From: a bacterium
GTDB taxonomy: Bacteria; Hydrothermota; 32-111
Direction: 5' to 3'
Length of the DNA stretch: 46,810 nt
NCBI GenBank assembly: GCA_050239825.1
Contig: JBFXGO010000014.1
Span: 1 to 46,810, forward strand
The notes below the pieces were generated by a model. It was not told where the DNA came from, ran no database searches, and worked only from the letters and a program-made list of their open reading frames with translations. The position numbers and the translations under genes are program-made. The stretch's first letter is position 1; the number at the start of each line of letters is the position of its first letter. Below, piece after piece: positions 1 to 10,033 of the stretch.

Positions 1-757
1 TCCTCTTCATATCATCAAGAATTTCATTGAGCTGGCGGAGACTCTTGTTTAACTGCATATATACCGTATCCTCCCTGAGTATCCTCTTCACAGTGCCGCT
101 TCCCTCTGAGAACACATCTATCTCCTTTTTTACAAGATTGACTGCCGGATAGAGGGAATCAACAAGGAGACGCACCTTGTCGGATGCATGAGCTATGTCC
201 TTAACCGCTGTTCTTATGTCGGTGTCATTCTTATCTACAATTTGATTTATTTTATTCAAAGCCGAATATATCGTGTCGGTTATGGCATTTATCTTTCCCT
301 TCTCCGGCATGGAATTTTCCACAATTTTCTTTATTTCCTGCAGCATTATTCCAAGCTGCGCTATATTAAAGTCATACCTCACTCCGATAAGCGTATCACT
401 CGGATAATTATAATCCGCTTCACCAAGCGGCTGGAGAAAAATGTATTTGGTTCCGCCTATTATTCCGAAATCCTGAAGAGATACGAAACTATTGTTTAGA
501 ACTTTTACTTTTTTGTTCATCCAGAGTTTAACCAATACAAAATCATTTTTGAGAGTAATCTGTTCCACCATTCCGCATTTTACCCCTCTGAATCTCACTT
601 CATCATTGGTTTTGAGACCATCTACGGATTCAAATTTCACGAGGACATAGTTGTCCGACTGCGCTATACGGATCTTGTTCATATAAAAAGAAACAAAAAT
701 AAGAATTGATAGCCCCGAAATCACAACAATTCCGATTGTAAAAGCTTTCATCTTCAT
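1..757 (-). CDS. mlaD: MlaD/MCE-family protein (3' end runs off the window)
   Basis: Manual translation from ATG 757 (ATGA overlap with the upstream stop): MKMKAFTIGIVVISGLSILIFVSFY...VKFESVDGLKTNDEVRFRGVKCGMVEQI, an MCE signature; open to position 1; follows mlaE and mlaF. Confidence 0.85.
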   Translation of the reverse strand, partial: MKMKAFTIGIVVISGLSILIFVSFYMNKIRIAQSDNYVLVKFESVDGLKTNDEVRFRGVKCGMVEQITLKNDFVLVKLWMNKKVKVLNNSFVSLQDFGIIGGTKYIFLQPLGEADYNYPSDTLIGVRYDFNIAQLGIMLQEIKKIVENSMPEKGKINAITDTIYSALNKINQIVDKNDTDIRTAVKDIAHASDKVRLLVDSLYPAVNLVKKEIDVFSEGSGTVKRILREDTVYMQLNKSLRQLNEILDDMKR

Positions 758-1485
758 ATTTTCCCCGCCATCTTTATATACGCTTTTGCAATTACATTCT
801 CAAAAGTCATGAATTCCTCCTTCTTTCCGCAGAATAATGTTCGTCCTTCGTCAATTAGCATTATGTAATCCGTAAAATCAATAAAACCTCTGATATCATG
901 TGTAATAATGATTGTTGTTTTTTTAATGTTTGAATGAAGGCTTTTTATAAGTTCGACAATGCCTTCCGAAGTCAACGGGTCAAGGCCTGTTATCGGTTCA
1001 TCATAAAAAAGTATTTCAGGGTCTGTAATCAGGGCGCGCGCAATGGCGACCCTCTTCTGCATTCCTCCTGAGAGCTGGTTTACATATTTTTCCGATACAT
1101 CCGCAAGAAGAGTTATTCTCAGTTTATCAGACACCATCTCTCTGAGTTTTTCGTGATTGATGTTTGGATTCCTGTATGATACGGGAAGAGAAACATTTTC
1201 ATAAACATTCATTGAATCCAAAAGCGCGTTATTCTGAAAAAGAACGCCGCATTTTGACCTTATGCTCTTCAACTTCTTATATTTGACATTGTATATATCG
1301 ATATCATCAATCAGCACACTGCCTGAATCGGGTTTTATCAGACCGAGTATTGTGCGCAGAAGGAGGCTCTTCCCGGCTCCGCTTCTTCCTATAATAGTGC
1401 ATATTGTGTTTTTAGGGAGATGGGCGTCAATTCCGTAAAGTCCTGCGTCATTGAATTTCTTTGTCACATTCTTTAGTTTTACCAT
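754..1485 (-). CDS. mlaF: MlaF-like ABC transporter ATPase
   Basis: GRSGAGKS, LSGGMQKRVAIARAL, YDEP; likely start MVKLK at 1485 rather than 1611. Confidence 0.88.
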   Translation of the reverse strand: MVKLKNVTKKFNDAGLYGIDAHLPKNTICTIIGRSGAGKSLLLRTILGLIKPDSGSVLIDDIDIYNVKYKKLKSIRSKCGVLFQNNALLDSMNVYENVSLPVSYRNPNINHEKLREMVSDKLRITLLADVSEKYVNQLSGGMQKRVAIARALITDPEILFYDEPITGLDPLTSEGIVELIKSLHSNIKKTTIIITHDIRGFIDFTDYIMLIDEGRTLFCGKKEEFMTFENVIAKAYIKMAGKI

Positions 1486-2231
1486 ATAAAAAGAATCCTT
1501 GTAAAGATGTAATCCAAAACAACCACGGCAATTGCCGAGACCGTTACGGAGAGTGTTGTCGCTTTTCCGACAGCTTTTGCTCCTATCTTTGCGGTTATTC
1601 CGAAGTAACATGAAAGCACCACCGTGAAGAATCCGAACATGACTGATTTGATAAGCCCTCCGAACACCTGAAACATCTGAAAATTCATTTTGGAGCCCTC
1701 TATGAACATATTTGAAGTTATGTCCAAAGCGGCTATTGACATCAGATATGAACCGAAAACAATTGAGAATTCAGTTATCAGTGTTAGAAACGGTATTATA
1801 AGAACCGCCGCTACGACTCTGGGCATTACGAGGTACTCAATCGGGTCAATCGACATAACTTCAAGAGCATCAATCTGGTCTGTGACTTTCATGGATGAAA
1901 GTTCTGCGCTCATCTGAGAGGATACCTTTCCTGAAAATCCGATTCCTACAATCAATGGTCCAATCTCTATCAAAACAGCCTGAGTGACTATCGTAGAGAT
2001 ATAGAGCATCGGCAGCACATCGCGCATTTGATAGGCAATCTGATAAGCGGATATCATTCCCATGAATAGAGATGCAAATACAAGTATAAGTATAGATTCC
2101 TGGCTTATCTCGAACATGTAATTCACCACTAATCTCCAGTTCTTAAACATCATTCTGAAACTTTTCAGCACCCTTAATATGAAGATTGTTATTTCACCGG
2201 TATTTGTGATGAATGATTTCAAATAGATCAT
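1479..2231 (-). CDS. mlaE: MlaE-family ABC permease
   Basis: AELSSMKVTDQIDALEVMSIDPIEYLVMPR and VGKATT motifs. Confidence 0.9.
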   Translation of the reverse strand: MIYLKSFITNTGEITIFILRVLKSFRMMFKNWRLVVNYMFEISQESILILVFASLFMGMISAYQIAYQMRDVLPMLYISTIVTQAVLIEIGPLIVGIGFSGKVSSQMSAELSSMKVTDQIDALEVMSIDPIEYLVMPRVVAAVLIIPFLTLITEFSIVFGSYLMSIAALDITSNMFIEGSKMNFQMFQVFGGLIKSVMFGFFTVVLSCYFGITAKIGAKAVGKATTLSVTVSAIAVVVLDYIFTRILFIW

Positions 2232-3556
2232 TGCTGTTTTGATTTTGGTTTAAATAGTGTGTGAGTAGGATCAAAATGAATCTCCACATCTCCGGTCGGT
2301 CCGTTCCTCTGCTTTGATATTATCAGTTTTGCGTCATCAAGCTCGACATTCTCTTTGAATTTTCTGTGAATGAATATCACCACATCGGCATCCTGCTCAA
2401 TTGAACCGGAGTCTCTTATATCTGAGAGAATCGGTTCTTTGTTCTCCCTCTTCTCCGGATTTCTTGACAGTTGAGCCAAGGCGATTACAGGAATATTCAG
2501 CTCCTTTGCAAGAAGTTTCAGGGAGCGGGATATTTCGGATATTTCCACCTGTTTGTTTTCCACTTTCCTGTCAAGATGCATCATCTGCATATAATCTATT
2601 ATCACGAAGTCAATTCCCTTGTCCATCTTCATTCTTCTGGATTTTGCTTTTATATCAAGAGGCGTTCCCTTTGTTGAATCATCAATATAGATTTCAGAGT
2701 TTGTGAAATCATTGTATGATACGAGAAGATTATGCATGTCGCCCTTCGAAAGATTGCCCTGCCTAAGCCTCAGTGATGAAATTCCGGAATAGGAGCATAA
2801 CATTCTTTGAATTAGCTGTTCTGAAGTCATTTCGAGTGAAAATATAAGACCCTTGTATTTTGAGGAATCATCCGGAGTCTTCACGCACTGATTTGAAAGC
2901 ATGTTCAAAGCAAAACTTGTTTTTCCGACACCGGGTCTTGCGGCTATGACTACCAACTCTCCTTTCTGAAAACCTGAAGTCATTTCGTCAAGGTCTGAAA
3001 ATCCTGTCGGCACTCCTGTAACAAGCTGTTTTCTCTTCATATATGTGTCTATCATTTTATGAACCTGAGGAATATAATCGGAGACGGATATAATGTCCAC
3101 TTTATATCTGCTTTCTCTCACCTTGAATATGCTTGATTCGGCGCTTTCTATGATTTCATCTACTGTCTTCTCGCTGTTACAGTCATCAACCATTGTTTTA
3201 GCTGTGGTTATCATGTGCCTTAAAACATAGTTCTCTTCCACTATGTTGACATATTCGTCAAGATTCGGAATCATATCAAGTTTGTCGGTCAGCATCTGCA
3301 GATACTCGTCGCCGCCTATCTCTGAAATAAGATTCTCTCTCTTTAAGCGATTTTTCAGGGTCACAATATCTATTTTTTCATTGCTGTTGTACATTTTAAT
3401 TATCACAGAATATATTTTTCTGTGTTCCGTGAAATAAAAATAATCTTCCTTTATTTTGGTAAGAATGCTGTTCAATTGATTTTGGGAATCAAGAATTATC
3501 CCCCCGAGAACCGACATCTCTGCCTCTTTCGAAAAGAATGGTTTCTCCCTGTTCAT
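2228..3556 (-). CDS. dnaB: Replicative DNA helicase
   Basis: AARPGVGKT, FSLEM, DYMQ, LSDIRDSGSIEQDAD, KQRNGPTG. Confidence 0.97.
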   Translation of the reverse strand: MNREKPFFSKEAEMSVLGGIILDSQNQLNSILTKIKEDYFYFTEHRKIYSVIIKMYNSNEKIDIVTLKNRLKRENLISEIGGDEYLQMLTDKLDMIPNLDEYVNIVEENYVLRHMITTAKTMVDDCNSEKTVDEIIESAESSIFKVRESRYKVDIISVSDYIPQVHKMIDTYMKRKQLVTGVPTGFSDLDEMTSGFQKGELVVIAARPGVGKTSFALNMLSNQCVKTPDDSSKYKGLIFSLEMTSEQLIQRMLCSYSGISSLRLRQGNLSKGDMHNLLVSYNDFTNSEIYIDDSTKGTPLDIKAKSRRMKMDKGIDFVIIDYMQMMHLDRKVENKQVEISEISRSLKLLAKELNIPVIALAQLSRNPEKRENKEPILSDIRDSGSIEQDADVVIFIHRKFKENVELDDAKLIISKQRNGPTGDVEIHFDPTHTLFKPKSKQQ

Positions 3557-4212
3557 ATTTCACCTGCTATGCTTATAAGTTTCTTCAGGTCTGCCGCGAC
3601 CTGTCTCCGTATCTTCTCCTTTATATTTCCCTTTGAATAAAGAATAGCCGCAGGATGGTAAGTGGGAATCACCTTAATTCCATTTTCTATTTCAAACACG
3701 GTATTGAGGTATTCATATAGATTTTTTGTTTCCATTCTCATAACAGCGCTTGCGGCATGCCGACCGAGTGTAAGAATGACTTTCGGACGAACAAGGGCTA
3801 TTTGCCTGATTAAAAAGTTTCTGCAGGCATCCTCCTGTTCTTTTGTCGGATCGGCATTGTGCGGAGGTCTGCACTTGAGCACATTGCATATATATACATT
3901 TTCCCTATTCAAGTCTATATATCTGAGCATCTCTTCAAGCTTCTCACCGGCCCTGCCTACGAAGGGAATTCCACTTTTGTCCTCCTCTTCGCCCGGAGCT
4001 TCACCCACAAGCATTATATCCGCATCAATTCTTCCTCTTCCTATGACTTTGTTTGTCGCAGTAAGGTAAAGCTGACATTTATTGCATGCAAGTATTTCTT
4101 CTTCAAGAAGACTCTCTTCGCTGTCAAGGACTTCAGTCAAAGCAATGCTTTTCCTGAAATACTTTTTTTCAAACTGCAGATAAGAGATAAGGCTCTTTAT
4201 ATTTTTATCCAT
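3553..4212 (-). CDS. Family 4 uracil-DNA glycosylase (Fe-S)
   Basis: CNKCQL, GEAPGEEED, PFVGRAG, KCRPP, TYHPA. Confidence 0.93.
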   Translation of the reverse strand: MDKNIKSLISYLQFEKKYFRKSIALTEVLDSEESLLEEEILACNKCQLYLTATNKVIGRGRIDADIMLVGEAPGEEEDKSGIPFVGRAGEKLEEMLRYIDLNRENVYICNVLKCRPPHNADPTKEQEDACRNFLIRQIALVRPKVILTLGRHAASAVMRMETKNLYEYLNTVFEIENGIKVIPTYHPAAILYSKGNIKEKIRRQVAADLKKLISIAGEI

Positions 4213-5354
4213 TCAAGAACCCTGCCTGCTATCTCTTCTTTGCTGATATTTTTTAGAGTAAGAGTCTTGTTGCTTTTTGATAATACCCTTGCAGAACATT
4301 TATTTGAACCTATGTTTGAAGGTGAATTGACGACTATGTAATCAAGATGCTTCTCTCTTAATTTCTTCAGCCCATTCTTTTCCAATTCGGATGATTCAAG
4401 AGCAAAACCCACCTTTACGGCTTTTGTCTTTATATTTTTTATTTCATTCAAAATATCTATATCTCTGCTCAATTTGAGAGAAAATTTGTTTTTCTTTATT
4501 TTTTCTTCAGAATAATTCGTTTTAAAATCATTCACTGCGGCAGCCATCACAAGAAGATCGGCTTTTTCAATCTCTTCCCTGAGGACTTTGAGCATCTCAT
4601 GGGAAGATTCTGCATAAATATTTTTTGAAACCGGATTTTGTCTAACATTTATTCTCCCGTGAATATATGTTATTTTTTCCGCTTTGAGATAGAATGCCTG
4701 AGAAATGAAAGCATCTGCCATTGCTCCGGTTGAAAGGTTTGTTATCACTCTTACAGGATCGATTTTAGAGCTTGTGCCGCCTCCTGTAATTACAACTCTT
4801 TTGCCCTTTAGCAAATCTTTTTCTCTAAGAAGCCTCTTCGCATGCATGAGTATGGTCTCGACATCCGGAAGCCGCCCTTTCCCTTCATCCCCGCATGCCA
4901 AAAAGCCCTTTTCAGGTTCAATTACGACGACTCCCCTCTCCTTGAGGATTGTTAGATTCCGTCTTGTGGCAGGATGCAGATACATTCTTTCATTCATTGT
5001 AGGAGCAATAAGCACATGTTTGTTAAAGGAGAGATACTCCGTAGAAAGAAGGTCGTCTGCTATTCCACATGCAAATTTTCCGATTATATCTGCCGACGCC
5101 GGTGCTACAACAAGAATATCTGCCCATTCTGAAAGGGCTATGTGCTCTGTTGAATACTCATTTTCGTCATCAAATAGGTCCGTGTAAACCTTATTTCCGG
5201 ACAGAGTGCGCATAGTAAGAGCAGTTATGAACTTCGAAGCATTCTCCGTCATAATAACCTTAACTTCGAAATCATTCTTTATGAACTCACGGACAAGAGC
5301 AGCGGCTTTATATGCCGCAATGCAACCTGTAACCCCTATGAGAACATTACTCAT
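4197..5354 (-). CDS. coaBC: Phosphopantothenoylcysteine decarboxylase/ligase
   Basis: GVTGCIAAYKA, HIAL, APTMNERM, LACGDEGKGRL, IDPVRVITN. Confidence 0.95.
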   Translation of the reverse strand: MSNVLIGVTGCIAAYKAAALVREFIKNDFEVKVIMTENASKFITALTMRTLSGNKVYTDLFDDENEYSTEHIALSEWADILVVAPASADIIGKFACGIADDLLSTEYLSFNKHVLIAPTMNERMYLHPATRRNLTILKERGVVVIEPEKGFLACGDEGKGRLPDVETILMHAKRLLREKDLLKGKRVVITGGGTSSKIDPVRVITNLSTGAMADAFISQAFYLKAEKITYIHGRINVRQNPVSKNIYAESSHEMLKVLREEIEKADLLVMAAAVNDFKTNYSEEKIKKNKFSLKLSRDIDILNEIKNIKTKAVKVGFALESSELEKNGLKKLREKHLDYIVVNSPSNIGSNKCSARVLSKSNKTLTLKNISKEEIAGRVLEWIKI

Positions 5355-5574
5355 TTGACTTTATACGTTCTTCAAGGTCATTGTCAAAAAAGTCGTTGAA
5401 TGCGTCCTTTAAAGGCTCGTTCTTGGCAAGATTTGACGGAGCCTCCTCTCCTTTTGAAGAGAAATTTATGTAATTTTCCTGATTGTACTTCTTTGCCCTC
5501 TTTGCTATCAGAACCACTGCAAGGTACTTGTTTTTTACCTTTTTGTAAACTTCGTCGATTGGATAAACATTCAT
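5347..5574 (-). CDS. rpoZ: RNA polymerase omega subunit
   Basis: NKYLAVVLIAKRAK; conserved gmk-rpoZ-coaBC order. Confidence 0.85.
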   Translation of the reverse strand: MNVYPIDEVYKKVKNKYLAVVLIAKRAKKYNQENYINFSSKGEEAPSNLAKNEPLKDAFNDFFDNDLEERIKSNE

Positions 5575-6149
5575 TTATTTCTCCTTTTAATTTCATTATC
5601 AATTATGGATTGAAGCTTTTCGTATGTGTCGGTTACACTTTCGTTGACTATTGTATATTTGAAATCCTTTGCTTCCTTCAACTCGTCCTCGGCATTCTTT
5701 AGCCTCACTTTAATTGTCTCTTCATCATCGGTATTGCGCTTCATCAGACGCGCTTTAAGTTCCGTTAATGACGGAGGAAGGATAAATACCGTTACGGAAT
5801 CAGCAAATTTGCTCATTATTGATTTTGCCCCCTGTACATCCAAATCCATAATAACCACTCTTCCTTTTTCAACTTCTTTTTGAATCATTTCAATCGGGGT
5901 TCCATAATGATAGTCGTGCACAACAGCTGTTTCAGCAAAATATCCCATATTTTCTCTTCTCAAGAACTCCTCTTCGGTTAAAAAATAATAATCCTTTCCA
6001 TCCACTTCGTTTCTTCTCATGGGTCTGGTTGTGGCAGAAATTGAATAGACCATATCTTTGCTATTCTCTGTAAGCATCCTGCATAATGTTGTCTTTCCGC
6101 CGCCTGACGGAGATGAAATTACAAGGAGGAATCCTCTCTTATTCGACAT
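5571..6149 (-). CDS. gmk: Guanylate kinase
   Basis: SPSGGGKTT, SATTRPMR, DYYF, YGTP, DVQGA. Confidence 0.96.
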   Translation of the reverse strand: MSNKRGFLLVISSPSGGGKTTLCRMLTENSKDMVYSISATTRPMRRNEVDGKDYYFLTEEEFLRRENMGYFAETAVVHDYHYGTPIEMIQKEVEKGRVVIMDLDVQGAKSIMSKFADSVTVFILPPSLTELKARLMKRNTDDEETIKVRLKNAEDELKEAKDFKYTIVNESVTDTYEKLQSIIDNEIKRRNK

Positions 6150-6957
6150 TTCCGGCCTGCTCCTTTATTTTCTCCATTGTCTCTTTGATTTTGATAACGC
6201 TTTGAATTATCCTCAAATCTTCTGATTTAGCCGACATAGTGTTTGATTCGCGAAGCATCTCCTGAAGAATGAATGACATGGAAGCACCCGATTGTTCATT
6301 TTTCAATCTTGAAAGATGCGCATTGAAACGGGATATCTCCTCGCTAATATCAATCTTGTCAGCAAACAGAATTATCTCCTGCTCTATGAGGGGACTCTTT
6401 TCTGCAAGAATCATCTTAAGCCTGCTTCTCTTCTTTTCCACAGACCCTCCGGCGACACTCATTATCTTTTTCATCTCTTCGGAAAGAATTCTATTGTATT
6501 TGATGAAATCCTTCTCAATTTCTTTGCCTTCGCTTTTTCTGAAACTGTCGTATTTTTTCAGGCAATCGGCCGCAATTTTGCCAATCTGCAGAGCATGCTT
6601 AGCATTGATCCTCCTTGAGAGAGGAATATAGCTTGAAATGTCATTGAATATGAGCTGCGAGAATTTTTCAAATCCTTTCACCTTTGACAGGCCATCAAGC
6701 TTATTAATTCTGTCTTTCACGAAAGATTCAATAAACTCGGACGAATAGTCCACATTCACATTTACGCTCAGTGTGCCTCTCTTAACATCTCTGCTTATCT
6801 GGCTTCTTAAAGACTGCTCAAGTGATGAAAGCTCCTGAGGCATTCTGAAATTTACAGTCAGGTTTTTCCCATTTACACTTTTCAATTCAAAAGAGACAGT
6901 TCCGTATCCGCCTACCTCTTTTGTTGTCTTCGAATAACCGGTCATTGATTTTATCAT
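6139..6957 (-). CDS. yicC: YicC/YloC family endoribonuclease
   Basis: MIKSMTGY, KSVNG, DISEEISRF, QEMLRESNTMSAK; upstream of gmk. Confidence 0.9.
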   Translation of the reverse strand: MIKSMTGYSKTTKEVGGYGTVSFELKSVNGKNLTVNFRMPQELSSLEQSLRSQISRDVKRGTLSVNVNVDYSSEFIESFVKDRINKLDGLSKVKGFEKFSQLIFNDISSYIPLSRRINAKHALQIGKIAADCLKKYDSFRKSEGKEIEKDFIKYNRILSEEMKKIMSVAGGSVEKKRSRLKMILAEKSPLIEQEIILFADKIDISEEISRFNAHLSRLKNEQSGASMSFILQEMLRESNTMSAKSEDLRIIQSVIKIKETMEKIKEQAGNVE

Positions 6958-7391
6958 TCTATCTCCAGCATAAAGGTTGCGGGTCCGTGATTGACAAGAG
7001 AGACATCCATCAAAGATTTAAACTCGCCCTGTTTAACTACAATCGATTTTGAGAGTGTTTCAAATAGCATGTTAAAAAACTTCGCCGCTTCATTGCTCTC
7101 CATTGCTCTGTCAAATGAAGGTCTGTTACCCTTCTTTGTTTCGGCGCAGAGAGTGAATTGAGATACTAACAGTACCTGCCCGTTTACTTCTGTTATGTTT
7201 TTATTCATTTTTCCTTTGTCATCCTCAAAAATTCTGAGACAGAGAAGCTTTTCCGCGGCTCTGGCACAGACAGCTTCGTTTTCGCCTCTATAAAAGCCTG
7301 CAAAGACCAAAAAACCGTTTTCTATTTCGGACACTCTTCTGCCATTTACAGATACGGAGGCTTCACTCACCCTTTGAACGAGCATTTTCAT
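6954..7391 (-). CDS. dtd: D-aminoacyl-tRNA deacylase
   Basis: VQRVSEASV, SQFTL, KGNRPSF, NHGPAT. Confidence 0.95.
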   Translation of the reverse strand: MKMLVQRVSEASVSVNGRRVSEIENGFLVFAGFYRGENEAVCARAAEKLLCLRIFEDDKGKMNKNITEVNGQVLLVSQFTLCAETKKGNRPSFDRAMESNEAAKFFNMLFETLSKSIVVKQGEFKSLMDVSLVNHGPATFMLEIE

Positions 7392-7962
7392 CAAGCCTCC
7401 AGATCAATTCTTTTATATAATATCTGACATAGCTTGCCGATGGAGATGTAATAAGATTTTCCGAAATCACTATAGGCTCCGACTTATATTTGATGTTGTA
7501 TTTTTCCACAAGCTCCTGAGTTGTGGAATTTCTGACAAAATTAATCTCCCTGCCCTTTAGAATTCCGCTCTTCATAAAAAGTATTGGGGCAAAATTTGAA
7601 GCCACTATGGGTATCTTCAACGAATCCGCTTTGATTATCACATCTTGAAGCGTATTGTTATCGACAGTATATGATATGCCTATGCCTCCATTCAAAATCA
7701 AAAAATCCATGGGATATCTGGATACTGAATCAAGTGATGTGAAAGGAAGTGTGTTGAAGCCGGTTGCGCCGAAGCATGTGTCGGAAGTTTCGGAAAATAC
7801 ATAATAGGTTATTCCGGCAGAATCCAAAAGCCCCGTCGTGATCAAAAATTCAACATCGTCGAACTGATTTTGGGGTATGAATACTGCTCCCACGGGAGAA
7901 GAACTAACCTCTGCGGCTAAAAGGATTAATAAATAAAATAAACACACTTTTATATGTTTCAT
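7363..7962 (-). CDS. Exported DJ-1/PfpI-like protein
   Basis: Hydrophobic signal peptide; FDDVEF, LILNGGIG, IVISENLITS resemble DJ-1/PfpI; catalytic Cys apparently absent; start 7962 or 7968. Confidence 0.6.
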   Translation of the reverse strand: MKHIKVCLFYLLILLAAEVSSSPVGAVFIPQNQFDDVEFLITTGLLDSAGITYYVFSETSDTCFGATGFNTLPFTSLDSVSRYPMDFLILNGGIGISYTVDNNTLQDVIIKADSLKIPIVASNFAPILFMKSGILKGREINFVRNSTTQELVEKYNIKYKSEPIVISENLITSPSASYVRYYIKELIWRLDENARSKGE

Positions 7963-7970
7963 AATCATTT

Positions 7971-7999
7971 ATTATATAAATTAAATATAGATTAGTCAA
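7971..7999 (-). promoter_or_regulatory. Sigma-70-type promoter, probably leaderless
   Basis: TTGACT-17-TATAAT, 8 nt before ATG 7962, no Shine-Dalgarno. Confidence 0.7.
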
Positions 8000-8050
8000 T
8001 AGAAAAGAACAGACAGCCAATTAAGCAAACTGCTTATTCCCCGCCTCTCT

Positions 8051-8896
8051 TTATCTGATTATCTCCCTCAGTCTTAACCTGTACATTGAGTCGATGAAAG
8101 TGTGGAGTGGAGTTAGATACTTGGCGTAGATTTCATTGTTTTTTTTCTCACAAGCCGCCTCAGCGTTTACTTTTGAGCCATTCTGAAATCTAACAACCAG
8201 AGAAGAGTATATGACATAGGCAAGAACATAATCCCTTGATTTGAAATAGGAAGAGGTGAATTCTATGTCATCAATTGTAAAATTATCCTTATTCTTCATC
8301 AATGCCAAAACTCCAAGAGCCGATACAGCTCCTGTTATCAAAATATCCCTTGCGGCAAGCATGTAATCTCCTGCATAGATTTCCCCAAGCCCCGGCAAAG
8401 CTGAGAGAGAGTGGGCAAACATGGGATTTTTTATGTCTATTCTGCTGTAAATAGATATATCTTTTTTCAAAGAATCAGGAAGGAAATCATACAAAAGAGT
8501 ATCATCCTTAAGCACGAGGGAGCGAATCAACTTCAATGATTTTAGCAGAGTATCTTCATTTGAAGCAAAATCCTCATATTCAAATATCGCCTCCGAGAAA
8601 GAGCCCTCTGTGAATGAAATATAGGAGCGAATCAATGCTTCATCTTCAAGCTGCTCTTCCATGCTTTGATATGAAAATCCTTTTTCCAGCATGCTTAAAG
8701 AGATTTCGTTATGATTTGAGAGAGCGTAAATTGAAGCAACAGAAAGATAATAATCGGCAGTATCCGTTATCTGGTTTTGATACTTGTATCTCTTATACTC
8801 ACCGCATGCCCTGAAGTAGTCGCCCTCGTCAAGCAACTTTTCGTAAACAGGTTCAGAATGAGAAGCGAGGCCGCAGGATAGAATCAGAATAATCAA
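8051..8896 (-). CDS. Hypothetical envelope protein (TPR-like N-terminus, TM2-like membrane motif)
   Basis: EGDYFRA and KNPMFAHSLSALPGLGEIY; paralogue of the next gene. Confidence 0.55.
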   Translation of the reverse strand: MIILILSCGLASHSEPVYEKLLDEGDYFRACGEYKRYKYQNQITDTADYYLSVASIYALSNHNEISLSMLEKGFSYQSMEEQLEDEALIRSYISFTEGSFSEAIFEYEDFASNEDTLLKSLKLIRSLVLKDDTLLYDFLPDSLKKDISIYSRIDIKNPMFAHSLSALPGLGEIYAGDYMLAARDILITGAVSALGVLALMKNKDNFTIDDIEFTSSYFKSRDYVLAYVIYSSLVVRFQNGSKVNAEAACEKKNNEIYAKYLTPLHTFIDSMYRLRLREIIR

Positions 8897-9629
8897 GAAT
8901 AACTTTTTTATAATACTCCTCTACTTTGTTTGTATGATATATGGACGCCGAATTGAACGCTCCGTAAAGTTCGCCGAAATAGAATGCGGCAAAAACTCCT
9001 GCTGAAGAGTATTGAGCCGTCTTATTGTCAGTATAGATGAAATAGTAAGCTCCCACAAGAGCTGGCGTGAGAACCGTAATAAGCGAGAATAATCCGTCCC
9101 CCGACCTTTCGGAGTAGAATCTTCCGGCTCCCGGTATGACAGCAGAGAGAAGCAGAGCAAGGTAAGGATTCTTCTTCTTTATCTTTAAGTATCCATTGTA
9201 AATATCTATCTCATCGTCATTTAACAAAAGCGTATCAGAGTGTTTGAATTTGCCTTGAAATATCTTTGAAAGATTTTTAATTCTTGTGCCATCATCATCT
9301 TCATTAAGAACAATTGTGTCGATTGAGATATAATTCTTCTGCAGAAATTGGCTTAAAAGGTAGTTATATCTCGCATCCTCGTCTGATGAAATGAAATTTA
9401 TAACAGCTTCATCAGCCTTTGTGTAATCTCCCATCAGAATACAGCAGGTTGATATCAGGTTGGATAGCTTCACTGTATCAGCGTTTGGATTTTCATACAT
9501 CTCCCTCTTCAACTCGGTGACACACCTGAAGTAGTCTCCTTCATTGAAAAGGAACTCTGCAAAATCCATATTAGCGCAGAAAGCATTCATTGAAAAGAGC
9601 AGAATTGATATCAAAAATGATTTTTTCAT
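8853..9629 (-). CDS. Hypothetical envelope protein (TPR-like N-terminus, TM2-like membrane motif)
   Basis: Signal peptide, FAEFLFNEGDYFRC, KNPYLALLLSAVIPGAGRFY. Confidence 0.6.
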   Translation of the reverse strand: MKKSFLISILLFSMNAFCANMDFAEFLFNEGDYFRCVTELKREMYENPNADTVKLSNLISTCCILMGDYTKADEAVINFISSDEDARYNYLLSQFLQKNYISIDTIVLNEDDDGTRIKNLSKIFQGKFKHSDTLLLNDDEIDIYNGYLKIKKKNPYLALLLSAVIPGAGRFYSERSGDGLFSLITVLTPALVGAYYFIYTDNKTAQYSSAGVFAAFYFGELYGAFNSASIYHTNKVEEYYKKVILDYSDSILRPRFSF

Positions 9630-9634
9630 ATTTA

Positions 9635-10033
9635 TTAAGGGTTGTCTATTATTTTATAACCCCTCTCCTTTGTCAGAACATAATCGGGATAGTGCAGATG
9701 AAGATAATCCCTTGAACTTAGATTGCATCTCTGAAGCCTGTCTATCCCCTTGAGTATTCCGAGAACAGGTCCGTACTTTCTGATAGCCATGAACATATAA
9801 TTAGAACAGCTTGGAGTAAAATTGCACACCTCGCCCTGCGCTGGAGATATAAATATCTGATAGAATCTCAGTGCTGAGAGAGGAATTATATTAAGGGAAT
9901 TGTCGGTAAGTTTCTTGTCATACTTATCGTCATAGTAAATCTCGACAGTGTCTCCCCTGTCAAATGGCGATTCAGTGAATGGTTCAACCGAACTAATCGC
10001 TATCAGTGTTAAAAACATCAATGAAATGCTCAA
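9635..10033 (-). CDS. yidD: YidD-family membrane protein insertion efficiency factor with N-terminal extension
   Basis: FYQIFISP, CNFTPSCSNY, AIRKYG, RLQRCN. Confidence 0.85.
   Translation of the reverse strand: MSISLMFLTLIAISSVEPFTESPFDRGDTVEIYYDDKYDKKLTDNSLNIIPLSALRFYQIFISPAQGEVCNFTPSCSNYMFMAIRKYGPVLGILKGIDRLQRCNLSSRDYLHLHYPDYVLTKERGYKIIDNP

Noticed and set aside
1486..1611. Long N-terminal extensions of the track ORFs for mlaF, the HAD hydrolase, the oxidoreductase alpha subunit and the GIY-YIG gene
   Set aside because: They overlap upstream genes or repeats; downstream ATGs match where the family domains begin
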